DNA of 64,000 nucleotides from Azolla caroliniana (lineage: Eukaryota > Plantae > Polypodiophyta). Below the pieces are notes generated by a model. That model saw only the letters and a list, made by a program, of their open reading frames with translations. It ran no database searches and was not told where the DNA came from. The stretch spans positions 4,836,001-4,900,000 of the forward strand of contig JBHGNT010000021.1 in NCBI GenBank assembly GCA_043228905.1. Reading direction: 5' to 3'. Each line of letters begins with the position of its first letter. Position 1 is the first letter of the stretch. Of this stretch, positions 49,501-62,619 are shown one piece after another. A program made the translations under genes and the position numbers.

Positions 49501-52500
49501 TGCTCAAAGATGTCAGGTATGTACCTAGCATTAAGAAAAGTCTGCTATCTGTAGGACAGATGGATTTGCATGGTTACACCACATTATTCGGTGGTGGATT
49601 GTGGAAACTTAAGAAAGGATCTATGGTTATTGTGAAAGGTTGTAAAAAGGGCACTCTCTACTGTTTGCAATGTAAAGCTTTATCTGGAAGGTTTCTTGCT
49701 ATTGCTGAATCTGACTCTCATTTAGAGCTTTGGCTCAAGAGATTAGGACATATGAGCCGAAAAGGACTTGAAGTCCTTTCTACTCTAAAAAGACTTGACG
49801 TTAAAGGGTCAAAGCTGACTTTTTGTAATGATTGTCTATTTGGCAAACAAGTGAGAAATTCTTATTATTCTGGTGTCTCTCGTAAACCAAATGTGCTAGA
49901 TTTGGTGCATTCTGATGTATATGTAGCATGCTTGTATAATCTTTGGGCAGTGCTGCATATTTTATTTCCTTTATCGATGATTATTCTAGGAAGATTTGGG
50001 TGTACTTGATGGAAAAAAAAGGGTGACGCATTTAAATCTTTTCATGCATTTGTGACTACCCCCAAAAAGGGACAAAACTGAAATGTCTTAGAACAGATAA
50101 TGGGGGTGAGTTTACATCTGCAGAATTTAAGTCCTTTTGTGACTTACATGGTATTAAAAGAGAGCTCCATATAACCCTTCGTCAAATGAGGTGTCAGAAA
50201 GGTATAATAGGGCATTGTGTGAGTGAGTACGATGCATGCTGTCCACAGCTAATCTCCCTCGTGAATTTTGGGGAGAAGCATTAAAAACCGCGGTTCATAT
50301 ATGTAATCATTCTCCCAACAAGTCCTTAAAGAATGGAATCCTTGAGGAGGTTTGGTCTAGCAAACCAGCCTCATATGACCACTTGCAAATTTTAAGTTGT
50401 GATGTATTTGTACACATTAGAAGTGAGTTGAGAAACAAGCTCGATGTTAAGTTCACCATGGGCATTTTTATCGGCTATTGTGATGAAGGTGAAATGGGCT
50501 ATGGGATTTAGTCACCTCAATCCAGAAAAATTGTACACAGCCGGGATGTTGTTTTTTATGAAGAAAAATTGCTGAAAAATGCTTGTTCCTCTGTTGGGAA
50601 CTCTAAGAGTGTACATTTCAGCAATTACAGCCATCCACAAAATCTGAAAATAAACCTCATGATGTTATACCAAAGGTTGAATATGACGATCGACTAGTTA
50701 TCCTTGAGCCAAAAGAAGTTGGACAGTAAAGAGATGCTCATGAAGGTGTTGGACAATGAGATGAAGGTACTGAACAACAAAATATAGGTGTTGAACAACA
50801 TGCTAGACATGGTTTGCAACAGCCAGAAAGTGCTGAAACCGATTTTCCTCCAGATTTATAACAATTCCGAGAAATCAAGAAGAAATAAAATCTTTGTATG
50901 CAAATGATACTTGGGATCTTGTGTCCTTACATGAAGGAAGGAAAGCTCTTCCAAATAAGTGGGTTTATAAAGTAAAGAAAATTGAAGGGAAACCAAAATA
51001 CAAGGCAAGATTAGTTGCCAAGGGTAGGTTATGCACAGAAGGAAAGTATTGACTTCCAAGAGGTCTTCTCTCTTGTTGTGAAGATGACCACACTTCCTGT
51101 GCTATTTGCTCTCACTGCAATGCTTAATCTGAAGTTGTACCAAATGGATGTAAAGACCACTTTTTTGCATGGTGATATTGATGAAGAGATCTACATGAAA
51201 CAACCCGAGGGTTTTGTAGTCCCTAACAAGGAGCATTTGGTATGCAAACTAAAACATAGCCTGTATGGCCTAAAACAAGCACCACAACAGTGGTATAAGA
51301 AGTTTGATACTTTTATGCTTTCTCAAGGTTTTGATCGTAGCTATGCAGATAATTGTTTATACATGAGATCATTGTTTGATACTTTTATGCTTTCTCAAGG
51401 TTTTGATCGTAGCTATGCAGATCATTGATGACAATACCATCATACTTGTTCTATATGTGGATGATATGTTGCTAGCTCGGAAAAGAAAGACTAGTCTTGA
51501 TGCTCTAAAAGATCAACTGAAATCGGTCTTCTCTATGAAAGATTTGGGAAATGCAGAGCATATTTTGGGCATGAGAATCAGTAGAAACAGAAAGAACACA
51601 TTGCTGCTTTTGTCACAAGAAAAGTACATTTAAAAAGTGCTTAACAAATTTAATATGGCAGAAGCAAAGTCCCTTGGAGTTCCTTTGCCTTCATATCTAG
51701 AACTTAGCAAGGCTGATTGTCCAAAGGATGAGATGGAAGTCAATGCTATGAAGGGAGTTCCTTATGCATCAGTGCATGGTTCTATAATGTATGCTATGGT
51801 AGCTAATCTTCTAGATATTGCTTATGCACTGGGAGTTGTCAGTTGCTATATGTCTAATCCCGGAAAAGCACATTGGGAGGTTGTCAAGTGTGTTTTCAGG
51901 TATCTGTAAGGTACACAGAGAAAATGTTTATACTATGGGAAGGGTGCATTAAGTTTGCAAGGATATTGAGATGTAGACATGGCAGGTGACTTGGATACAC
52001 ACAAGTCTACTAGCGGGTATATATTTACAATTGCTGGTGGACCAATGTCTTGGTTCTCCAAATTGCAAAAGATTGTAGCATTGAGTACTACTGAAGCTGA
52101 ATATATTTCAGTTACAGAAGCTTCAAAGGAAGCTTTATGACTCAGCAGACTTGCTGAAGATCTTGGCATGTCTATTAGTATTCCTGGGTTAGGATGCGAT
52201 AGCCAGAGTGCAGTGTATCTGACTAAGAATGCGATGTTTTATTCGCGCACTAAACACATTGATATGCGACATCACTTTATCAGACAAGTTTTGGAGGATG
52301 GTCTAGTCACATTGACCAAGATCAAAACACAGGATAATCCTACAAAACTTGGTCAATGTGACTAGAAGTCTTGGCAAAGCTCAACATGAGCATTGCATGC
52401 AGTTAAGTGGGAGTTACTTGAATGTTCACATAGGACCTTTAAGTGGGAGGTTGTTAGGTGTAAAGGCTCATAGTTCACAAATTAGGTAATTATTCGTACA

Positions 52501-55500
52501 TGTGAACACATTGTTCACCTGGACAGGACACCTCCTTTTGTAATGTGAACACGCCTTTTTTAGGGTTAACTAATATAATAACCTTTTTTCTCATGTACCA
52601 ATTAAGGCGGTTGGGTACACCAAAAATCCGTGTCTCTACTCTCATCTCTACTACAGTCCTGTTTGCTGAACATCATCCCTCAATAACTGCTCCCTCAAAC
52701 ATCTCTCTTTACCTTTATGATGATTTGGTTGTGGACCATAAATTTTTGAAACGACTGCCACAAATCGCAATAATGATAAGAATGAGCATGCTAAGGGCAT
52801 ACAATGTGGTGGAGAAGTTGTGGACTACAAATGGCAGCGTTCAGCAGAAAAGTTAAATGAAAATGATAAAAAAATGCACCGAGTAGGTGACCTGAAATGA
52901 AGAGTTTGCACAGAACCTTGAAAGTTGAGGCATAGAACCATCAGATGTTTCACCACTACAGCCCATTGTGGAACGAGGTATAACCTCATATCAGAAATGT
53001 ATGAGTTATACTGGACTACAGTCTAACAATGAACTGCGCAAGCTGGGTGAAAATTCTTGCATTAGCATGATATTCTAAGATAAATCCTCGTATATCATGT
53101 TTAACAATATTCTCAAAGCATTTTCATTGAGGGATCACCTTAATATAGGAGTCTTGTAGCAAAAACGTCGCCAAGAATATTGAGGCTTTCCACACATCTG
53201 TGTAAAGACTCAGAACATCCTTGTAAGTTGTGTCAGATAACTAGATTCAGATGACAGCTCCATGATGTGTGTAATCCTGCACACACTTTATATGCTTACT
53301 GTCTAGTGCTTAAGTTGTCAGAAGGCATTCCTTATATTCAATGTTTAGGAAATACCAATAATCTGATTTTTCCATAACCTCAGAGCTAGTTGTGCAGTTT
53401 TTAGAAGCATGTCATTTGGCTTTCCCTACCTTGGAGTTGTTATGCAGTTGTTAGTGCAATATGATATTTTCTATGAGAATTACATCAATATGTTCTTAAT
53501 AATAAAGCGTTGGGAATTTGCTACATTAGGCGTCCATGGGCTGTGTTGAGGGAGAATCGTCTTTTTTTATTCCGGTGGTTTGCAAGACCATCATGTTACA
53601 GACCTTCTCTGAGTTGGTATTAATGTGATTATGCTTACAGAACCATCATGTCATATGCTACAAAAATAAAGCTCAGGCATTTGTCCGTGTCCTAAAAGAA
53701 AACCAGGGTAAGTACCTACTATTGACTAACAGTGCCAGTTAGGACATGTATGTATAGCCATCAAAGAGTTTTACACATTCTCTAAGGGTGGACAGTGTGA
53801 TAAAAGCTAATGATGAGCAGTGAACATATTCACAAGGAAAAACCATCACAGTACCTACAATACTAGAACAAGATTCCAAATGGAGATGCATAGTTTCAGA
53901 TATTTTAACAGGGATACCAGGTGTTATACGCAGAATGGCCTACAATGCATTCTTGGGGACATGGACTAGTTATCAGAGACTAAGGTTTCTAAAACATTTA
54001 GACTTTTGGTGCTGTCCTTGTGACATTACTCAGTCCCAACCTTAATCCATCTGAGCCCTGATCACTAGCCTCCCAACTTAACATTCATAACCACTACTGT
54101 TCCCGTTCCGTGTCCTTGACTGACTAGAAGTCACTATGATAATGATAATGCTTCTTGCAGGGTTACAAGATGATTGTGTGATATCTATTGACAGGAACAA
54201 TTACAATGTAGATGATGATGGAGCAATTTCTAAGTGATCTTTTGAGAAGTGTACAAGCATTTAGCATTCTTTATTGAAGATGAACACAATATTACATGGT
54301 GAGTGGAAGCAAATGAGAGTATTTGACAGAAAAAACATCTTTCAAATATACATACTTTTTAGGTAAGGTTGCAGTGTTGAAGTCCTCCATGTACCTTTAC
54401 AAACATAAACAAGTTTAGTTGTCAAACGAGGAGTATGCAAAACATAGAAACTTCTGCACATACATTTTAAGGCAGGAAATACAAAAATACCCTACTCTTT
54501 AAACATTTGTTTCTCTTCCCAAGCTGGCATAGTCTCCAAGTTCACCTGAAAAAAATAGTGACGTGAATGTTAAGTGACTGGAGATATTGAGATTCGATTC
54601 TTGGGAGTTAACCTTAGACTAATCAATAAAATGTTCGTACGACCATGCTAAACTAATGAAACATCAAAAGATATACAGTGCTCTCTGTTTTATGTTGCAG
54701 GGTTTTGCTTCATGCGATTCCAAATCAATTTCAACATCACCCTGAAACAATTCACTTGTGATACATGTCGTTTGACCCTCAAAAGTTTTGCTAGTAAGCA
54801 AGAGCTTCCGTAAAACGGCATATTAAAATGTGGAGACATTAATTTAAATGTGTGGCATGAACCCCATTGCATTGTAATTTTAGAAGTTTAAGTTTGTTAT
54901 GCTATTTTTTCTTGTACATAGTGTTTGACTTAATTAACATAAGTTTTGATCAACTAACCAACATTTTTCATTCAAGCGGAAAGCTACAATCATCTCATTA
55001 CATTCAGTAGTAACACATTATAAGCTCTTTTGAGGAATAACAAATGATGTTTTCGTTTTCCTAGTTATAATCGGCCTTATCCAGTCCTCATTAGCTGATT
55101 TAAAGAAAACACACAGTGAACCTGAATGCACTGACCTTTTTTACTTCTGCCAACCATGCACTGAACTCGGGTCTTTTAACCCTGAAAAAAGCAAAATAGG
55201 ATGTAAATCAACATTCATATGTAGAAATTAAGAATGAAACAAGTGTGAGGATGCAAAGGACACAGAATATAGCACAAATCTTGAGAAAGAAGAAAGAACT
55301 TTGAAGCTCATTGGAGATCCATCATTCTTGGAATTCAAAATTCATAATGTCATTAATGCTCATTTATGCAGTTGCACAAATCACATTACAATCAGAAATA
55401 CAAGAGAAAATAAATCAACTGAACAAAAACATATTTTCGGTTTCTATAAATATTAGCATGCAGTACAATGAATTGTCGAGACAAAGCGTTTAATACATGA

Positions 55501-56705
55501 TATTTTGGTTACATAGTGACGCAGAAATTGCACCAAATGTATGAATGTCTTACTTATTTCAACAAAAAGGTAAGGTAATAAGCAGTCATCTGGCAATAAA
55601 AGTCTTAGAGCCTCAAAATGACAAAAATAAAACTTAGCACGGCATTCCAAGGACATTTAACAAAATGGAAGTTGAGAACTTGAGACAAGCCTTCATGGAA
55701 TTTTACATACCAAATATTGATCAAATTTCAATAATGATGACAATATTCAACATTGCTTTAACATCTTTGCACAGTTTATGGTTACAAGAATTTATATGCA
55801 CAACTGAAAAAGATAAAACCGCATCAATCTCTTTGATGATTTCGTACATTTATCATAGGTTTTACTACCTTTAAGTAAATCAACATTTAATTTTCTAGCG
55901 AGTCACAATTGAAGAAATTGTACAAATATTCAGTCTCTTTGATAATGTGATTCTTACCAAAAATCAGCATTTTTTTCAATAATTAAATCCAAATTTATCA
56001 ACTTTCAATATTAATAGTAACTAAATTTAAACAGTGCTTCAAATTCTTTGCATATTTTACAATGAAAAATAATTAGAAGGACATTTGAAAACAAACTGAA
56101 TGAAATGTAACATACCACATATCAATCTCTTTGATGATGCCATACTTTCCCCATGAATCAGTAACAGGTCCAGCTTTGCTTTTCTTCTCAGCTTTCTTCT
56201 TCTTCTTCTTTCTTTTCCTTCTTTCATAATCGTCATCGTCATCGTCGTCTTTACTTCTTCGCTCTCTATGTTTTCTTTTCTTTTCTTTCTTAATATTTCT
56301 TCTTTCTTCCTTTTCTCTCCTTCTTTTTCTTCTGCGCCGAGCTCTCCTCTCTTCTTCTTCAGAATCATACGAAGAAACAGAAGAATCAGACTCGTCAGAG
56401 CTACGGCCTCCACTCGAGCCGTCATCACTATCCCTTCTTTCGCGACTATTATCCTCCGAATCTTCATGTCCGGAGGCATTTCTCGGGCGTTTCTTCTTTC
56501 TGTGCTTGCTTACGCTCCTCTCTCGTTCTCCTCCTTTCCGTTTTCTCTTGGATATGTCCGTCTCCTTCTTCCTAGTAGTCGACGCCGTCTTCTTCTTCTG
56601 CTGCTGCTGTTGCGGCTGCATCTCGTCTTCATCTTCGTTCTCTGATCTGCTTGAACTGTAGCTGCCATCGCCATCGTCATCACTGAGCTGCTTCTTCTCT
56701 TTCAT
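46556..56705 (-). CDS. Conserved Lys/Arg/Ser-rich, probably nuclear, protein of unknown function; 8 exons (about 56705-56116, 55181-55136, 54546-54497, 54394-54355, 47617-47506, 47130-47051, 46941-46870, 46615-46556)
   Basis: Spliced product reads GPVTDSWGKYGIIKEIDMW-VKRPEFSAWLAEVKK-VNLETMPAWEEKQMFKE-YMEDFNTATLPKK-YYDLDAYHRR...FNDEEQRR...AQAMKDQAQLREEMQYQYRLGNLE-AAAAIQRRLDP. Introns are GT-AG. Confidence 0.85.
47926..52717 (+). mobile_element. Full-length but degenerate Ty1/copia element in intron 4 of the K/R/S-rich gene, antisense to the host
   Basis: LTRs 47926-48193 and 52452-52717. TSD TGATG. PBS TGGTATTAGAGC (Met-i type). PPT AAGTGGGAGG. Gag, PR, IN (LWLKRLGH, LVHSDV), RT (QMDVKTTFLHG, LYVDDML) and RH (RTKHIDMR) fragments broken by stops and frameshifts. 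Confidence 0.95.
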
Positions 56706-59700
56706 GGCAACGAGAGAACGAGTGTGTGTAGTCTAGTCTCTTTTGGCGGAGAAAGATACGGTGTTGGAGGCGGAGCAAAATACCCTCCCAAGTGTAGTTT
56801 TCGGAAATTATGGACCTTGCCCCTATGTTTCTAGAAAGTTCCGGAGCCTCCCGGAGGGACATCCCATCGGGTCCACTTTTGTGAGTGAAGCTCATACTTG
56901 TCTTCCAACCAGCTATGCCCATCGCAAAGCATATGAAGAAAAATGAGAAAAATAAGGTCAAGGATGTGCCCAATGTAGAAATTGGATACCTATGGAATGC
57001 GGGATTTGGCACAGAGGAATTGATCAATGAAGCGGATATATTGTGATCTCATTGAAACTTGGGACCATGATACTCTCAAAGGAATGAAGGTTTTGGGCAT
57101 TCACATTATATATGCCTTGATATGGGCGAAAAATCCAAGACTTCGACTATCACGGGCATGACCATAATTTATCCCATGGTAAGTTGCATCGTAATATTCT
57201 ACAGGCAAGGATAAAGTGTGAGGGTCAATCGAGAATGTAAAAAAGGGAGGATTACTTTTAATCTTAAGAATTGAGACAACTCATAAGGGCCAAGTGTGAA
57301 CTTGCTTGGGGGCCTTAGGTCTAACTATATATATGAGGCCTAGTTACCCTCATTAGATACCTTATTCGACTACATCGAGATGTGATCTTGTGGTGAACAG
57401 ACTCTTGTACGTGAGCGTGCCAATACCAGGTACGACTCGATGCCATGATGGTGGTATGGGATGTTGATTAAGGCTTGAGTCAGTGGATCGACACCCTTCT
57501 TTCTCTCTTTCTCTCTTATCTACCTATCATTTATTTCGTTATTACATGCTTACATTGGGAATAATCTCTAACATATGGTAACGAAGCGATTTTTCTAATG
57601 TTTCTTTTGATGATATTATTTGTTTTGGGTGGTGACCAATCGATGTTCAATCGAGCGCTCGATCTAGAAAGGCATCAACAAAGGAACTTCAGTACTTCCT
57701 TTCATTTTTATATGTAAATAATAACATTTTTATTCTATTCTTTCTTTTCCCATTCTCAATATATTTAAGTCGATATGTTAAAATGTGAATCATTCAATTA
57801 TATTGTAGTGGTCATAATTTGTTTATATAAAACATACATATGTTATGTATGTGTATGAGGTCGTTACCTCAATTGCCATGTATTTGATATGCAATGTGTG
57901 TTGTATGCGTGCATGAGGGGCCAATACCTCAATTGTGTATTGTGTAGAGGCTACATCCCTCGGCTATGTATCTCAATTACATCCTTTGTTGGTTTATGTT
58001 TTGATAACGATTCTTTTATATATAAATATGTTCACATGTATACATATGTGATAATGTCATAAACATATAATGTATATATTAGGATTTTGTTACATGATAT
58101 TGGTATATCAAATGTTGTCCTTTCGGGGTAAGGATGTTGGTAGTCGTCTTCACATTTTTTGTGGGAAATGGGTAATTACTATCCTTTTTTAACAAAAAAA
58201 ATTGTTATCCCCGTGGTCACCTTGATTTTGTGACAATTAAACAAGCATGGTCACAATCATGTTGTGGTCGTAAGGGCTTTACCCACTTCATGCAAGTTGG
58301 CCGTATGAAACCCGCATCCAACATCTTGCACTCATTACATGATTACGGGGCCACCATGAGACCATCATTACAAAAGGCATTCATATACGAAGTAACCATT
58401 TGATGGGCCACTTGAACTTACTATGAAAAAGAAGGCTAGTGTTGGCTTGTCCATTAGGTTGCTACTTATGGTATGCCATAGTTTGGGTAATGGACCAAAA
58501 TAGTTTTCTATTTAACGAGGGGAAAATAAGGGTTCTAGATACATATGTTTTCTTTATAAAAAAAAAGGTACATGCCTTCAAATATCTTTCATCCGCTTAA
58601 GTGTTAACCATTTAATATGAGCAAGCCATTTTGTTAGCTCAAGTGTTTCATGGCTTTGTTCTTGAGGTTTTGAGTTCAAATATGACCTAGACCATACAAC
58701 ATTATTGATACATATGATTATAATAACGTGTTTAGACTTTAGGTCTAAGTGCACTTTGGGGTCCTTGTTATAGGACCTAAAGAGTCAAAACCACATGGGT
58801 GGGGGTATAGAGACTTAGTTTATTGTTAACACTTTTTCGTGTATAGACACAAACAAACATGGTTGAGCCTCGGGGAGCCGCCATCAAAAAGTCGATATAG
58901 AGATCTGGGAAAGACATTCCGTTGTCATCCCAATGGCTTTTAAAACACTTTTTGTTACCATAGTTACATGATCTTGAACCTCAATCGAGTCGTATTTTTT
59001 ACAAATACAAAATTTTCATAATTCTACCTTGAACGAGGTTTCTAAACTTCGGCAATTTCATGGTGCTCTAGAAACACGTGTCATTAGTATGCAATGAGAT
59101 ACTAATAGACCCGATGGATGTCAAGTTGAACCATCATTTGTTGTCAATCCATTTATGGGAGAAAAAAGGAGAGAACCGAAGAAGCAATTTGCACATGGCT
59201 TGGTGGATGAGAGTCTCATTTTGAGCTCTATCCCAAGTAAGATAGTATGAAGATTGCATATGTTGGTCGAGAACTAGGGGTAAGGTCGCCACCCGGTGGC
59301 GTAGGCTTTGCGTTATCGTGAGGAATTTTGGCTACTAGGAGAAAAGGTGTATTGAGAGCGCGTGAACGGGGCGTGCATTGATGCACTCGAAATGTCTTTG
59401 TACAATCATGCGTAAATAAGTTAGTGTTAGTTTAAGTATTGAGGAATATTAGGTAGGAGTGATTCGATAGGTATTGTAAGGCCACACGCATAGAGAATAA
59501 TAATAATATCTGATGGAGGAAATCGAGGGAAATCTCTGCCCGAAAGTGGATGGCTTTATGGATGATGTAAAGGCCTCCCCTTGCTCTATAAAAGGAGAGG
59601 TATGAGATTGTTTTAGGGATTCAGGATTAAGAGGATGAAGTGTTGTCGGTTTGAGTGTTGAGCTCTCTCCCTCTTTCTTGTGCTCTGTATTGATCCAAGG

Positions 59701-60302
59701 AATAAGGTGAAGCCTCTGCTCGCGTAGGAAGCCTGTGAGCTCCCGACCAGAGGTTCATCATTTTGTGCGTGTGCGTGTGGGTGTGTAGAGCTCGCAACTC
59801 TGTTACCGACCGCGCTCGGTTGTACTCTTTCAAGTTCTTTGTTAATCATTAGTGTTTGTTGGGTCTCTTCTTGTGTTTGGATATCCCCGCCTTGTTCCTA
59901 CTTTTGGCGTGTTTTCTGCGCCCCGAGCTCGTGTTCTTACTCCCCATTCTGTTTCTGTTGTGTGCACGTTTGAGTCCGTGAGCTCATCGTTGTTGTCTAG
60001 CATCCTGTCCGGAACAATATGCTTCTTCAAGCCCATGTGCCAACCGGTCGAGATCTGGGTATCGTTCTGGATTGGATACACGTCTAGATACCGCGACACT
60101 AGGTACGTGACTGGTAATCAATTTGAAGAATATATCCGGAAGACCTTCCTACTAACACCGGCTCCTTGGTTCAAGATCCCCGTGGTCCCTCCCCGTTTTG
60201 ACACAGACATGTGGAAATCCGCGACAACGCTACCGGGAAATTTCCAAATACTTGGACAGACTTTGTCATAGTTTTTGATGGTCAATTTCTACAGTCTCTA
60301 TC

Positions 60303-61120
60303 TTGCACCGAGGCAACAAAAGAATTAATGAACCTCTCTCGTTAGAAATTTCCTCACGACAAGATTATGTTCATCATGTTAGGACCCAAATTCAAAAATT
60401 GGGTCTAGAAGGGGACAATTGGTTAATCGTTTGTTTTGTCAATGACATTCCCAATTTGGATTATCATTGGATAGTGCACAATAAGGATCTAAAATCCTTT
60501 GAAGATGCCATTGAAATTGTCCTTCATTATCAATGCACTTTGAAGAAGGACCATAATAAACCTAAAGCGCCCGAGACTAAGCAATCACAATTCGTTAGGA
60601 AACGCAAGAAACCCAACAAGTTCTGGGATTGTGATTTTATGCAACCAAATCATTTTTGTGTGTTCTACAAAAAGAAGGGTCACACAAAAAAGCTGTTGAA
60701 GTGTCTCTCGGCGGATCGATTTCGATCCCTTCGGCATCGAATGGGCATAATGAAGAATCAATTCGATTAAATCAGACACCCAATATTTTTCTCGGACAAT
60801 AGACCTAGATAGTTCAAACTTGTGCTTCAGTCTCTCTGAACTCAGCCAATCCGGCCTTCTGCTCTTTGGAGTTCACGGACTCGAACGAATTCTCGATTGT
60901 TCAGAAACCTTGTATCAATCTGCATTCATTTCGGTTTACCGATTTTAGATGTATATGCCCATTACGGGGGAGTGTTGAATACGGGCTTCTAATGGACATA
61001 TTCACACCGTCTTCTTTGTACACACTAGGCTTAGGCTATTTATGTAAATAGTGAGAAGGGCAGTTGCCCTAAGTCAGTCAGTATATAAATTGACTTTGTA
61101 ACCTAGTTATGGGGGGTTTT
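60303..61120 (+). mobile_element. Decayed, internally deleted Copia-like remnant: gag knuckle fused to RNase H end, PPT, start of a 3' LTR at 60973
   Basis: CVFYKKKGH is a degenerate zinc knuckle. It is followed by KCLSADRFRSLRHRMGI (copia RH C-terminus type) and TTACGGGGGAG-TGTTG. Confidence 0.5.
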
Positions 61121-61122
61121 GC

Positions 61123-62262
61123 TTGAAGTTGCAATTGGAGAGACCTTTAGTGGTGATGTTATCACGTCAACTCCGAAGCAAATCGACAGTACCACATGAC
61201 ATTATTAGAGCGGAGTTTAGCCTACCCCCGATGTTAGTAGAAGCACTCTTTCAAGTGGTAGCTTTTATTCATCGGATACATAGTCAGCCACAAGATAGGA
61301 TATCCCGTCGAGCCTTTGAGGCATCCCGATCCTTACATGTGTCTGGAGACACTAACTCTTGGTATAGCATTGTGGTGAGTTGGTTATTTGCAAATGGCAT
61401 AGACATTAATAACCTACCTCCCCTTAAGTACAACCATGGGACTGATCAAACTTTAATCTCTCGTGAAGATCGTAATAAAGTGATACGCCAAGAAATATGG
61501 CAAATCTACACTCGATACAAATGGATCACCCCACGAGAGCCACTCCCATCTAAAATGGTGTACTATAAGGAACACTTCTTGCACTTCTCTAAGTTAGGGT
61601 TTATTACACGACCAAGATACCTAGATACTTTCTTATCAAATGCACTAAGGGTGGCCATTGGACAACTTAGGATATCATCTCACCAACTTGAGATTGAGAA
61701 TGGTCGAGCTAATAGAGTCCCTAGAGAGGAAAGGCTATGTAGGTTATGCCACATAGAGATAGAGGATGAGTATCACTTCACATGCAAGTGCCCAACTTAT
61801 GCTGAGATACGGGCGGAATACCAAGACATACTAGGACCCTCTCCCACCCTCTCCAAACTATTAGATACCCCGAGTGTAAAGAGACTAGGTAGGTATATCT
61901 TAGAGCTAAAACAACATAGGGAGGATAAATTACAAAGTGTTAATCATAACCCTTTTACTACTCATCAACATGTACCTAGTGTAATTTTTCAGGAACATGG
62001 GGAGACGATGAATGTGGATACACTTATGCCGCTCGGCCTCTCCCTTGAGGAAGCAGAAATACAAAGAGCAACCAAACGTCCTCGGATGTTGGGTTTCAAC
62101 ACAAGTCAACGTGGAGTAGAAAAGATTAAGAAGATAAGGGAACGTGAGCTACGTCGACTCGAAGCTATGGTTGGGGTACCTCTTACATGGGGACCACGGG
62201 CCACATCCACATGGCAACCCTTTGACCCCCCGCTTCTCTTCGAGAGACTTGGATGGAAATGA
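61123..62262 (+). mobile_element. 5'-truncated LINE ORF2 C-terminus (RTEX/CR1-like zinc finger)
   Basis: VPHDIIRAEFSLPP, then LRISSHQLEIENGR...REERLCRLC...EDEYHFTCKCPTY. No RT core present. Confidence 0.75.
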
Positions 62263-62619
62263 AATTAGGCCTAGTATAGAATCATTCTCATTGTAGAACA
62301 TGTTTTTTATATAGAACATGTTTGTTGTTTTCTTAGAACTATTTAGCTTAAACTCTATTTTATCTTATTTTTATTTTTACTTTCGATGAATGGGTAAATA
62401 TCCCATTTTTGTTGTACACCATTTGTCTCATGGGCCAATTTTGGCCTTAGAAGACGTTAATATATCTTTCTTTCTTTCTTCTTTCTTCTCTCTCTCCCTC
62501 TTGTGTACCAGTTATATTTCTGTCTATGTTGCCATTAATCCACCTTGCTTGCACACGCTTATGATCTTCTTCCAAAAGAGTACTGATTTTGTTCCGCAGT
62601 AGATGATAGTGTCTCCAAC

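Noticed and set aside
57020-57590. Possible LTR ending TAACA followed by a degenerate PBS (TGGTAACGAAGCG)
   Set aside because: No partner LTR, start boundary or TSD found.
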